From: a virus
Taxonomy: Duplodnaviria > Caudoviricetes
Length of the DNA stretch: 64,000 nucleotides
IMG/VR virus record: IMGVR_UViG_3300044541_000063
Span: 11,819 to 75,818 of that record
Direction: 5' to 3' (one strand)
Under the pieces are notes generated by a model. It saw only the letters and a program-made list of their open reading frames with translations, had not been told where the DNA came from and made no database searches. Below, piece by piece: positions 1 through 9,218 of the stretch. A program made the position numbers and the translations under genes. Each line of letters begins with the position of its first letter. The first letter of the stretch is position 1.

Positions 1-1
1 G

Positions 2-487
2 CGCACGCACCTGATCCTCGAGGCGAACGCGAAACTACCCGAGAAGTCTCGGGTCGTGCTTCGCGGCGCAGAGAATCGCCTGTACACGAGGTTCAAGGTT
101 CAGAAGCTGTTTCCCAAGTTCAAGCAGGGACGCAGCGGCTTTCCGATGGTCTGGGGTGCCAGCGCGCGCGAGTGCGCGAAGGGTCACTACGCCGTCGACT
201 TCACGTGGTTTCCGGACGACGGTGGCGGGTCGCAGTACTCTTCGCTCGAGGCGTGGGACGCCGGCGCCGTCAACGTCATTCACGAGGACTGGCTGCGGTA
301 CAAGGGCGAGATGGTCGCCGGCAAGAACTGCCTCGCGGTGAACGGTGCCGATGGTCTAGCGAAACTTCTGAGTCGCCCAGACACGGCGTCGACTCGCCAC
401 GAGATAGTCGACGCCGGCTACGCGGCCCTGAAGGCGCACGACCCGGTGAGAGTGGCGAGGGCGTATCACAGGGAGTTGACCAAGTGA
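2..487 (+). CDS. Glycosyltransferase, GT-B fold, C-terminal part (5' end outside window)
   Basis: Frame open from the window edge; D-x5-DGGGSQYSSLEAWDAG resembles the GT-B donor-binding motif; heads a nucleotide-modification operon. Confidence 0.55.
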   Translation, partial: RTHLILEANAKLPEKSRVVLRGAENRLYTRFKVQKLFPKFKQGRSGFPMVWGASARECAKGHYAVDFTWFPDDGGGSQYSSLEAWDAGAVNVIHEDWLRYKGEMVAGKNCLAVNGADGLAKLLSRPDTASTRHEIVDAGYAALKAHDPVRVARAYHRELTK

Positions 488-657
488 GCAGGGAGCGCGT
501 CATCACGTTTCGCGGCGAGGATCACACTCTGTGCATCACCGACGCGGAGGGAAACTGGGTCGTCTACCGTGGCGGAGACAGACACGAGGTCTCGGACCTC
601 ACCGAAGAAGAAATCGACTGGATCAACAACTACGTCCACGACTGGAGAACAGACTAA
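484..657 (+). CDS. Small acidic hypothetical protein (57 aa)
   Basis: GTGA overlap with the upstream stop and TAATG coupling to the next gene. Confidence 0.6.
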   Translation: MSRERVITFRGEDHTLCITDAEGNWVVYRGGDRHEVSDLTEEEIDWINNYVHDWRTD

Positions 658-1691
658 TGAAGAAGGGAACACTCGAACCGGTCGTTGGCCGCAAGCACAA
701 GACGAAGGGCAACTATCGCGTCCAGGAGCAGCCGTACGCGGTGCAGATCGAGCTCGTCGAGGGCTGCAATCTGCGATGCACGTTCTGCGGCCTGAGCGGC
801 ATACGCGGCAAGGACAACGACTACAAGTACATGGACGTCGCCACGCTGTCGGTGCTGTGCGACGAGATGATTCGCGCCGGCTGGAATCCTCGCATCGAGT
901 TCGCCATGCACGGCGAGCCGTCGATGCATCCAGATCCGGCGAAGATGGTCGGCGTGGTTCGCGCGGCGTCCCCCGGCTGGTCCATCATGATGACCAGTAA
1001 CGGGGGAGGGCTGCTGCGGAAGCCCGGACCCGCTCATCACGTCAACGCGCTGTTCGCGGCCGGCCTCAACGTGCTGGCTCTCGACGACTACGAGGGCGCG
1101 AACATCGTCGGAAAGATTAGGACGGCGCTGGAGCAAGACAGGGCGGGCGGCGAGCCGTTCTGTAACGTCTACGAGTATCCGCGCGATCCGAGTGGCAATC
1201 CTCACACGCGCCGGCGTCCAGGTGTTCACGATCTGGTGTTCATCCAGGACATCGGCAAGGCCAAGCAGGGCACGCACAGTCACCTGAACAATCACGCCGG
1301 CAGCGGTGCGCCGCCGCTCGAGGAGCCTCTCGTGGCGCGGTGCGCCAAACCGTTCCGCGAGCTCTCGGTGCGCTACGACGGCAAGGTGGCAGTGTGCTGC
1401 AACGACTGGCGCGGCCTGTACTACTGCGGAAGCGTGGTGGACGACGGCCTCGAGGCGGTGTGGAACGGACCGGCCATGGGCGCGGCGCGGCAGATGCTGT
1501 ATCACAGCAACAGAAACTTCGGGCCGTGCACCGGCTGCGACGCCAGGAGCGATCGCGTCGGGCTGCTGCCGGACAAGCACGGGCGAGAGAAGCTGCCGCA
1601 CCCGAACGCGCGCACTGCGGTGGACGTCGCGGCGGCGCTGACGAGCCGTCCTCCGCTGGCGACGCCGGTTCTGAGACCGTGGGAGACGTAG
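657..1691 (+). CDS. Radical SAM enzyme with SPASM/twitch domain
   Basis: CNLRCTFC (CxxxCxxC), HGEP motif, C-terminal C-x2-PF..DGKVAVCCND..C-x2-C; ATG at 657 overlaps the upstream TAA. Confidence 0.9.
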   Translation: MKKGTLEPVVGRKHKTKGNYRVQEQPYAVQIELVEGCNLRCTFCGLSGIRGKDNDYKYMDVATLSVLCDEMIRAGWNPRIEFAMHGEPSMHPDPAKMVGVVRAASPGWSIMMTSNGGGLLRKPGPAHHVNALFAAGLNVLALDDYEGANIVGKIRTALEQDRAGGEPFCNVYEYPRDPSGNPHTRRRPGVHDLVFIQDIGKAKQGTHSHLNNHAGSGAPPLEEPLVARCAKPFRELSVRYDGKVAVCCNDWRGLYYCGSVVDDGLEAVWNGPAMGAARQMLYHSNRNFGPCTGCDARSDRVGLLPDKHGREKLPHPNARTAVDVAAALTSRPPLATPVLRPWET

Positions 1692-1851
1692 TGCTTTACT
1701 TCGCCGCGACGTTGAGCGAGAATGCGCACTAACCGGCACTGCGTACCGTCTGTCGGCTAGGACGGGATACGTTGTGGCCGGGCGAGGCCGGGCACCGAGC
1801 CGGGTGGCCGGCCTCGCGCTTATATGGTCGTCGGAGAACCGCGAGGACATC

Positions 1852-2466
1852 GTGAGAGCAGTACTCCTGGCAATGAACAATCCGTTGTCGCCGGACCCGC
1901 GACACGCTCTGTACCCGTATCCTCCGGGCTGCACCGGGTACAGACTCCTGAAGCTGCTGCAGCGGCGGCGCCCAGACGTCACGAGGTCGCTCTATCTGCG
2001 GGCGTTCGAGCGCATGAATATCCTAAGCACAAGAAACTGGGACAAGAAAGAGGCTAAGCGTGCCGGCGTCACGATGCGCGACCTGCTGGTGCACCAGTAT
2101 CGCGGTCGCACCGTGCTGGTGCTGGGCAACGAGCCGCGCAACGCGCTGAGGCTGCCGCCGCTGCTGGTGTATCCGCAGGAGATCGACGGCGTCACGTGGC
2201 GCCAGCTGCCTCACCCGTCGGGGCGGTGCCACTGGTACAACGACCCGATGAATGCCGAACTGGCGGCTCTGCTGCTCGAGTCACTCTATCAACAGGGAGC
2301 TGAGACACATGATACTGTCAGCGCAGACGATACGAAAGGCAGCGCGCCTGGGACTGGTGCTGCCGTTCAGGGAGCGGTTCAAGGACAAGCTGGGAAACAG
2401 CGGCGGTCTGGGACCGTGCGGGTACGACGTGACGCTGGACAAGGAGCTCAGGATCAAGCCCGGTGA
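1852..2466 (+). CDS. Uracil-DNA glycosylase-like superfamily protein
   Basis: VLVLG motif and LPHPSGRCHWYN (UDG-fold HPS motif); GAGGA RBS before GTG 1852; 3' tail overlaps dcd. Confidence 0.5.
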   Translation: MRAVLLAMNNPLSPDPRHALYPYPPGCTGYRLLKLLQRRRPDVTRSLYLRAFERMNILSTRNWDKKEAKRAGVTMRDLLVHQYRGRTVLVLGNEPRNALRLPPLLVYPQEIDGVTWRQLPHPSGRCHWYNDPMNAELAALLLESLYQQGAETHDTVSADDTKGSAPGTGAAVQGAVQGQAGKQRRSGTVRVRRDAGQGAQDQAR

Positions 2467-2824
2467 CTTCGTGCTGGCGGCGACCAACGAACATTTTGTA
2501 GTTCCGGTGGACGTGATGTTCGTGGTGCACGACAAGAGCACCTGGATCCGTCAGGGCGTTGCCGTGCACAACACCGTCGCCGAGCCGGGCTGGCGCGGCT
2601 TCCTTACGCTGGAGATTTCGCACCACGGCACGAAGGAGATCGTCATACCGGCCGGCTGCTCGATCGCTCAGGTAGTGTTTCACCTGCTCGACAGCAACAC
2701 CGAGGAGCCGTACGACGGAAAGTACCAGGACCAGCCGGCCGGGCCGCAGCCGGCCAAGTTCTACGGCGACGACGAAGACGAGAAGGGCGGCGACAACGAC
2801 GAGAAGATAGAGGGCACCGCGTGA
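2309..2824 (+). CDS. dcd: dCTP deaminase (trimeric dUTPase fold)
   Basis: MILS start, GYDVTL, KSTWIRQG, EPGWRGFLTLE, IAQVVF, YDGKYQDQ motifs. Confidence 0.9.
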   Translation: MILSAQTIRKAARLGLVLPFRERFKDKLGNSGGLGPCGYDVTLDKELRIKPGDFVLAATNEHFVVPVDVMFVVHDKSTWIRQGVAVHNTVAEPGWRGFLTLEISHHGTKEIVIPAGCSIAQVVFHLLDSNTEEPYDGKYQDQPAGPQPAKFYGDDEDEKGGDNDEKIEGTA

Positions 2825-3099
2825 GCACCGGCAACTCGCCGCTGCGAGTCCTCAAGATGCAGGCCGACGGCATGGCCAAGCTGCTCAAGGCGATAAGCCG
2901 CGGCGAGAGAGTGATGGACGATCGAGGCGGCAAGATCGCCGCCTCGCGTGCGAGCGGCATGTTCAGGTTCGGCATCGCGATGGACGACAAGCTCGTCATG
3001 GTGGAGATCACCTGGAAGACGATCGAGGCGACCTCCGAGGTAGCACTGGCAGAGTACATACTGAAGCAGACCAAGAACGCAAGAGACACTCACCACTAG
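2821..3099 (+). CDS. Hypothetical protein (92 aa)
   Basis: Translationally coupled ORF with typical codon usage. Confidence 0.65.
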   Translation: MSTGNSPLRVLKMQADGMAKLLKAISRGERVMDDRGGKIAASRASGMFRFGIAMDDKLVMVEITWKTIEATSEVALAEYILKQTKNARDTHH

Positions 3100-3111
3100 A
3101 AGGAGGCCACT

Positions 3112-4365
3112 ATGCTGAAGGGAATGACGGTGCGAAACGCGTGCGAGGCCCTGCCGCAGGGACTCAGGCTGCTGCTGGAGTTCGGTCGCAAGGAGCGCAG
3201 CCGGGCCGGCGACGTCCTGGTTCTCCCCGGCCCGCTGGTCACTGAGACCACGCACCCGACGGAGCGCGTGCTGTTCAGCGCGGTGCGCGACGCGAACCCG
3301 TTTTTCCACCTGTGCGAGGCGATGTGGATGCTGGCAGGGCAGCAGGACGCGCGACCGCTCGACGCGTTCGTCGGCGACTTCTCGAAACGGTTCGCCGAGC
3401 CTGACGGCAACATGCACGGAGCATACGGCTTCAGGTGGCGTCACCATTTCATGTTCGATCAGCTGCACAAGATCGTGGAGATGCTGGTCGCAGAGCCCAC
3501 GACGCGGCAGGCGGTGCTCGCCATGTGGGACCCGCACGAGCTGACGGCTCCGGTGGACTTTGGTAACGGCAACGTGGGGGAGGAGTTGATCGGTGGAGCA
3601 GACCTGACAGGAGTCTGGAAGGACCGACCGTGCAACACTCACGTGTATTTTCGCGTGCGGTACGAGAAGGGACCGCAGCACTACAACTCGTCGACCGCGG
3701 ACCCGGAGTGGACGAGGCACCTCGACATGACGGTGTGCTGCCGCAGCAACGACTTGATCTGGGGTGCGCACGGTGCCAACGCGGTGCACTTCAGCGTGCT
3801 CCAGGAGTACGTCGCGGCGCGTACTGGCTGCGAGGTCGGAGTGATGTATCAGTTGTCGAACAACTATCACGCGTACACGGCGTTCCTGGACGTGCTGAAG
3901 CAGAGGGCGGCGGCAACCGGCAAGTATTTCTCTCTGAACGTGATGCTCATGGACAATCGGTACGAGGAGAGGGACAGTATCCGCTCGCTGCCGAAGGTGT
4001 CGTCCGAGCCGATGTTCAATCGTCCGGACTACATCGACGAGGACGTGAAGATGTTCTGGCGGTGGTTCATCGAGTACAATCAGGAGACCGAGTCGCCGCA
4101 CTACAAGAACGACTGGTTCGCCACCACTCTCGAGATGATGATGATGGCGCACTACTTTCACAAGAAGGGCGCGAGGGCCGAGGCCATGCACTGCGCCCGA
4201 GAGGTCGACGCGCAGGACTGGAGCGTGGCCGCCGTCGAGTGGCTCCAGAGGCGCAACAAGGAGAAGGCAAGTGAGAAGAGACCAGATGATGCAGTCCAGA
4301 GCGCTGGCGCTGCGAGTGAAGAGGTACCACACGTGGCCGATGCTGCATCCACAGACGGTGGGTGA
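3112..4365 (+). CDS. Thymidylate synthase family, dUMP hydroxymethylase type
   Basis: GAYGFRW, TRQAVLAMWDP, catalytic PCN, RSND-x8-N (Asn indicates a dUMP substrate), NYHAY; AAGGAGG RBS. Confidence 0.85.
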   Translation: MLKGMTVRNACEALPQGLRLLLEFGRKERSRAGDVLVLPGPLVTETTHPTERVLFSAVRDANPFFHLCEAMWMLAGQQDARPLDAFVGDFSKRFAEPDGNMHGAYGFRWRHHFMFDQLHKIVEMLVAEPTTRQAVLAMWDPHELTAPVDFGNGNVGEELIGGADLTGVWKDRPCNTHVYFRVRYEKGPQHYNSSTADPEWTRHLDMTVCCRSNDLIWGAHGANAVHFSVLQEYVAARTGCEVGVMYQLSNNYHAYTAFLDVLKQRAAATGKYFSLNVMLMDNRYEERDSIRSLPKVSSEPMFNRPDYIDEDVKMFWRWFIEYNQETESPHYKNDWFATTLEMMMMAHYFHKKGARAEAMHCAREVDAQDWSVAAVEWLQRRNKEKASEKRPDDAVQSAGAASEEVPHVADAASTDGG

Positions 4366-4768
4366 GCACAGCGCGCGCGTCGCTACGCTGTACGTGGAGA
4401 TCTTCGGCTTGCCGCGCGCCGAGGTTCTCTACTACATTCTGCACCACGACAGCGGCGAGCTGACGGCCGGCGACACACCGTTTCCGGCGAAGCAGCTGTC
4501 TCCTGGTTTCAAGAAGGAGTACGAGAAGGTCGAAGCGCTTGGCTACGAGCGACTCGGCGTGGTGCTTCCGGACCTGGCCGACTGGGAGTTTCGGCGAGTC
4601 AAGGTCGCCGACCTCATGGAGATGTGGGAGACCGGCTGGCACGAGATGCGACTGGGAAACGGTTACGCGCGGCCCATCGTAGACGACACCGCAGAGGCGG
4701 CCTTCAACGTAGTCTCTGCGGAAGACGCACCAAAGTTGAACGAGTGGTTTCAGATAAATGGAGTATAG
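4271..4768 (+). CDS. HD-domain 5'-deoxynucleotidase (YfbR-like)
   Basis: RYHT..QTVGEHS..LHHDSGE..GDTP..KVAD motifs. Confidence 0.85.
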   Translation: MRRDQMMQSRALALRVKRYHTWPMLHPQTVGEHSARVATLYVEIFGLPRAEVLYYILHHDSGELTAGDTPFPAKQLSPGFKKEYEKVEALGYERLGVVLPDLADWEFRRVKVADLMEMWETGWHEMRLGNGYARPIVDDTAEAAFNVVSAEDAPKLNEWFQINGV

Positions 4769-5909
4769 TGTCATGAGGCCGCACGACATGAAGCACTTGG
4801 AGCAGCTGTATCCAGTCGCTATCGGCGACGTGATGCACCTGAAGATGAAGGAGGCCACGTACCAGGGCAGCTGGAAGCGCAGCGGCGGGCGCAGCGCGTG
4901 GTTCATGCTTCGCCGCAAGATCGACAGGCTGCTGGAGATGATGAAGAGACCCGAAGCTCCAGACGGGTTCAATCCAGACGATCACCGCGACTCAAAGGTC
5001 AACTTGAACAGCAGCGAGGTGAACTTCCTTCTTGACTCGTACGCGGCTGAGAACGTCTTCGCCATGATCCGAAAGGACCCGACTGGCAAGGACGGCAGCG
5101 TGCTCGCCGAGGTGCGAGACCTCAGGCGATACTTGCTGCTCGTCGAGGCCGAGATGGTCTCGCGCGGCGTCGTCGACGAGCCTGACACGCGACAGGGCCA
5201 CGACCTCTACTCGCGCGTGGCGCACGCCACGGGTGTGCACCGCAACACCGTGAAAGAGATTCTGCTGTGCGCGGCGTACAGCGGGCAGGACACGTTCAAC
5301 GCAACTACGGGCAACCCACCGCAGCCAGACTCCGGAGACATCGGCGACGCGATGAGCGATCGTTGCGTACCTCGCTTCGCTTCTCGCTTCGATCCGATGC
5401 CAGACCCGACGCCGCCGACCGCCGCGCAGCGCTTCACTTCGTCTCCGACGCAGGTCGGCAGCGACACGCATCCGTTCGGCGAGAACGCGCCGTGGCTGGT
5501 CGGCAAGAGCTGCCTGAGCACCGCGGCTGAGACCGACTCGGAGAGAGCAGCACTCGACGGCCTGTACGCCGACCACGGCGCCGGCTGGATGAAGCTGGTC
5601 GAGCACCTGACGGAGTCGGAGCGATACACGCTGACGATGGTCGTCATGCAGAACACGTCGGTGGCGTCGACGCTCGTCGCCGAGGCACTGAAGTGCTACG
5701 TGCCGGTGACCGGCGCCAAGATGCACGTGATCGACCTCACGCGCGCGCCGAGGGACTACCGCAGCGCTTGGCCGACTCTGCACATGGAGTACAACGGCAA
5801 GGAGCGCAGCCTCTCGCCGTCGTGGACGCACGACCTGTACGCGTGGGACGAGGCGCAGACCAAGTGGCGAATCAAGCCGGGCTTCGAGTACTTCACCAAC
5901 AAGGAGTAG
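4758..5909 (+). CDS. DUF1599/MazG-like nucleotide-modification-associated protein with long C-terminal extension
   Basis: YQGSWKRSGG..MLRRKIDRL..DLRRYLLL helical motif; position in the modification cluster. Confidence 0.55.
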   Translation: MEYSVMRPHDMKHLEQLYPVAIGDVMHLKMKEATYQGSWKRSGGRSAWFMLRRKIDRLLEMMKRPEAPDGFNPDDHRDSKVNLNSSEVNFLLDSYAAENVFAMIRKDPTGKDGSVLAEVRDLRRYLLLVEAEMVSRGVVDEPDTRQGHDLYSRVAHATGVHRNTVKEILLCAAYSGQDTFNATTGNPPQPDSGDIGDAMSDRCVPRFASRFDPMPDPTPPTAAQRFTSSPTQVGSDTHPFGENAPWLVGKSCLSTAAETDSERAALDGLYADHGAGWMKLVEHLTESERYTLTMVVMQNTSVASTLVAEALKCYVPVTGAKMHVIDLTRAPRDYRSAWPTLHMEYNGKERSLSPSWTHDLYAWDEAQTKWRIKPGFEYFTNKE

Positions 5910-5913
5910 CGCG

Positions 5914-7977
5914 GTGGCGCGGCAGTCCACGAAGTACACGTACAAGAGTAAGTCTGAGAACAAGACTTACTACAACGTCGGCGGCAGCCAGCTGCCGATG
6001 TTCCTCCCCGACTCGACATGGGCGATGCCGACGGAGCTGCCAGACCTCCGTCGCGTCAAGCGCGTGGCACTCGACCGCGAGTGCAAGGACGACGGTCTCG
6101 CGATGAAGAAGGGACCGGGCTGGGCGACCGGTGCCGGTCACGTGTGCGGCTCGTCCTACGCGTGGCGCGAGGGCGGCGCGCTGCGAAGCATCTACGTCCC
6201 GCTGACGCATCCAGACAGCGAGAACTTCGACGCGGCGCAGCTGGCGCAGTGGGAGCGGGACCTCGACGCGGCCGGCGTCGAGTTCGTCATGCAGAACGCG
6301 CCCTACGACGTGGGATGGGGCAACAGGGACCTCAAGGTACCGTGCCCCAAGAAGGTGCACGACACCACGTGCATGGCGTACATGGTCGACGAGAACAGGC
6401 TCTCGTACCAGCTGGACCAGCTGTGCCGGTGGAAAGGGCTGCCCGGCAAGGACGAGGACCTCCTGCGCGAGGCTGCGGCTTGCTACGGCTGGCAAGGCGA
6501 CGAGGTAAAGGCGCACGTCCACCAGCTGCCGGCGCGCTACGTGGGGCAGTACGCCGAGACTGACGCGGTGCGCACGCTGCAGCTGGCCGAGCTCATCGAG
6601 CCTGACCTGCACGCCCAGGAGGTCTACGAGGCGTACCAGCTGGAGATGGACCTGCTCCCGGTGGTCCACGAGATGCGACGGCGCGGCATACGCGTGAACG
6701 TCGACCGAGCCGTCCAGGTTCAGGCGATGTTCTACGCCAGGGCGGAGGCCGCGTTCAAGGAGCTTCGCGAGAAACTGTGCACCACCGCCATCGGCATCGA
6801 CGAGCTGCGCGACAACCAGTGGCTCGACGACATGTTCACGGCCCAGAAGGTGAGAATACCGCGCGACCACAAGGGCAAGGGCTCGTTCGAGAAGACGTGG
6901 ATGCAAGTCTACGATCACTGGCTCCCCCGGCTGTGTGTCAAGGCCAAGTCGTACTACGAGGCGGCCGACAAGTTCATCGGCAACTACATGCTGGGATACG
7001 CGCACAACGGTCGCATTCACGCGTCGGTGAATCAGTTCAAGTCCGAGGACGGGTACGGCACCAAGACGTATCGGTTCTCGTACTCCGACCCGCCGCTGCA
7101 GCAGTGGCCGTCGCGCGACGAGCTGGCCAGTACGGAGATAAGAGGCTGCCTCGAGGCGGAGCCGGGGGATAAGTGGGGCAAGAATGACTACAGCCAGCAG
7201 GAGTATCGGCTGATCGTGAGCTACGCCGTGATGAACGGCCTCGACCGCGCGCAGGAGGCGGCCGACCAGTACATCAACGACCCGAAGACCGACTTTCACA
7301 GCATGGTCGCCGAGATGACTGGCCTCGACCGCAAGCCTGCCAAGGACACGAACTTCGCCAAGTCGTACGGCGCCGGCATACCGAAGTTTGCGACCATGAT
7401 CAACAAGCCGCTGGCCGAGGCCGAGGCGATCATGAAGCAGTACGATGAGAAGATGCCGTTCAACGCTCAGCTGAACCAGAAGTGCCAGAAGCTCGCCGAG
7501 CAGCGCGGATACATGGTGCTGCTCGACAAGGCGCGTATTCACTTCGACAACTGGGAGCCGACGTGGTTGTCAAAGGACGAGCGCTCTGCAGGCTACGCAC
7601 CGGGTAGTCCATATAAGATGAATCCCTGCGGTCTCGAGGAGGCGCGCGCCCGGCTGCAGCAGCAGGGCCATCCGTGGTTTCACAAGCGTCTGCGGCGCGC
7701 CGACTGCCGCAAGGCGATGAACTCGCTCATTCAGGGCGGCGCGGCGCGACAGACGAAGCTGGCCATGCGCGCCATCTACCGCGAGGGGCAGGTTCCTCTT
7801 CTTCAGATGCACGACGAGCTGAACTTCAGCTTCGCACGCGAGAAGGACGCCAAGATGGTGGCCACCGTCATGCGCGACGTCGTCAAGCTGAAGGTTCCGA
7901 TGATGGTCGACGCCGGCTACGGTCCCTCGTGGGGCGCGGCGAAGAAGTCGTGGAGGGAGGCGAAGGCCGCCAAGTAG
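5914..7977 (+). CDS. polA: DNA polymerase, family A, with 3'-5' exonuclease
   Basis: ExoI DRE, ExoII NAPYD, ExoIII YAETD; motif A DYSQQEYR, motif B RKPAKDTNFAKSYG (Phe762 type), motif C MHDEL. Confidence 0.95.
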   Translation: MARQSTKYTYKSKSENKTYYNVGGSQLPMFLPDSTWAMPTELPDLRRVKRVALDRECKDDGLAMKKGPGWATGAGHVCGSSYAWREGGALRSIYVPLTHPDSENFDAAQLAQWERDLDAAGVEFVMQNAPYDVGWGNRDLKVPCPKKVHDTTCMAYMVDENRLSYQLDQLCRWKGLPGKDEDLLREAAACYGWQGDEVKAHVHQLPARYVGQYAETDAVRTLQLAELIEPDLHAQEVYEAYQLEMDLLPVVHEMRRRGIRVNVDRAVQVQAMFYARAEAAFKELREKLCTTAIGIDELRDNQWLDDMFTAQKVRIPRDHKGKGSFEKTWMQVYDHWLPRLCVKAKSYYEAADKFIGNYMLGYAHNGRIHASVNQFKSEDGYGTKTYRFSYSDPPLQQWPSRDELASTEIRGCLEAEPGDKWGKNDYSQQEYRLIVSYAVMNGLDRAQEAADQYINDPKTDFHSMVAEMTGLDRKPAKDTNFAKSYGAGIPKFATMINKPLAEAEAIMKQYDEKMPFNAQLNQKCQKLAEQRGYMVLLDKARIHFDNWEPTWLSKDERSAGYAPGSPYKMNPCGLEEARARLQQQGHPWFHKRLRRADCRKAMNSLIQGGAARQTKLAMRAIYREGQVPLLQMHDELNFSFAREKDAKMVATVMRDVVKLKVPMMVDAGYGPSWGAAKKSWREAKAAK

Positions 7978-8073
7978 AAATTCTATTTTACTGCCAGCAT
8001 ATTACACCCGCGTTAAAAACGCGAGCCCGCGCATGGCTGACATGCGTTACCCTGAATACCCTCAATATAATGA

Positions 8074-8102
8074 TTGCGTGCCTCCTACCGGTAGGGTAGT
8101 CT
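8074..8102 (+). promoter_or_regulatory. Sigma70-type promoter with a palindromic operator in the spacer
   Basis: TTGCGT-17 bp-TAGTCT; CCTACCGGTAGG palindrome at 8084-8095; AT-rich upstream region. Confidence 0.55.
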
Positions 8103-8366
8103 ATATATGGAAAGGCAGGGTTTGGTTAGGCAAAAAGGCGGGTTTAGTTAGTTAAGTTAAAGAGCTGGCGGGTCTGGGAAGAAACCCAAGGGGAGGCCTG
8201 GATATTACAGGCGAGTGGTGGGGGCAAAGGCTCACAGTTCGTTGGTGGTCCGCCCGGCAGGAAGAAGCCGGGCCGGGAGGCGCTGAGGCAATGCGGTTGT
8301 TAAGGCACACCGGATCTCAACCGTTCCTAAGATCGCTGGCGGGATGGCCCGTGGGCAGGAGATTTC

Positions 8367-8415
8367 AAGCGGCACGCGTTGCGGTAAGCAGCGCGCGCCG
8401 TTTTAGTTTGTTTTT
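8367..8415 (+). terminator. Rho-independent terminator-like hairpin
   Basis: CGGCACGCGTTGC-GGTAA-GCAGCGCGCGCCG stem followed by TTTTAGTTTGTTTTT. Confidence 0.5.
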
Positions 8416-8430
8416 CAAGAGGAGCACGCG

Positions 8431-8616
8431 ATGCTTACACCTACAATGCTAGAGCGCGCCTCGAGCGGTTACCGCCGAGGCTACAACGACGCAGCGCGCG
8501 GCAAGCCGGCCGTCGACGAGAGGGAGCTGGCTTATCCGTGGGAGGTCTTCGACTACCGAGAGGGCTACCGGGCAGCTGCAAACGACAAGAGTTGGTCCGA
8601 GAAGAGGAGGGCCTGA
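8431..8616 (+). CDS. Hypothetical early protein (61 aa)
   Basis: GAGGAG RBS; GYxxGY motifs typical of small phage proteins. Confidence 0.7.
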   Translation: MLTPTMLERASSGYRRGYNDAARGKPAVDERELAYPWEVFDYREGYRAAANDKSWSEKRRA

Positions 8617-8831
8617 TGGCACTGGTCAAGAGAGACCCGTTCGCGCGCACCGAGTTGCACCGCGAGCTTGTTCGCACCGATCTGACTTGCTACTGGTGCG
8701 GTGGCACGCGGGGCGAGGGCAAGGTGCGCAAGCTCTACGAGTACCACACCGAGCACGACGGTGGCCGCAAGGAGACGCACAGCGGCGCGTTCTGCTGCCG
8801 CTCGTGCTTCGACAGCTACCACTGCTTGTGA
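8616..8831 (+). CDS. Small Cys-rich, probably Zn-binding protein
   Basis: CYWC..CCRSC; TGATG coupling. Confidence 0.7.
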   Translation: MALVKRDPFARTELHRELVRTDLTCYWCGGTRGEGKVRKLYEYHTEHDGGRKETHSGAFCCRSCFDSYHCL

Positions 8832-8842
8832 AGGAGAAAAAC

Positions 8843-9097
8843 ATGCACGTCAAGGTCGAGATGAACAGCACGCTGCGGACGTTCGCCAGCGTGGACATGG
8901 CCGTGGCCAAGGTCGAGGACTTCCTCGGCCCTCGGCTCGACGAGATGGCGCACCAGCTGCACTGGCTGATTCTGCCGGTGCCGGTCGCGCCCGACAGCAA
9001 GGAGGTCAGGTACACGCCGGTGTTCTTCGCGATAAGCGACGAGGCGCGGCAGCTCGGCTTCACGCTGGCGCGGCACGGCTGGAAGACATACGGCTAG
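8843..9097 (+). CDS. Hypothetical protein (84 aa)
   Basis: AAGGAG RBS before ATG 8843. Confidence 0.7.
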   Translation: MHVKVEMNSTLRTFASVDMAVAKVEDFLGPRLDEMAHQLHWLILPVPVAPDSKEVRYTPVFFAISDEARQLGFTLARHGWKTYG

Positions 9098-9218
9098 AGC
9101 GCGGCGGCAATTACGCCGCTCAGCACGGCGCCACGCACTACGGGCGCCGGGACGCGGCGGGCGGGCCGCTGGAATTGGCCTCGCTCGTCGCGTTGCATTC
9201 AACATCAAGGAGAGAGCC

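Noticed and set aside
7978-8430. Possible tRNA or attachment site in the large intergenic gap
   Set aside because: No cloverleaf with T-loop GTTCRA and D-loop consensus found, and no integrase in the window
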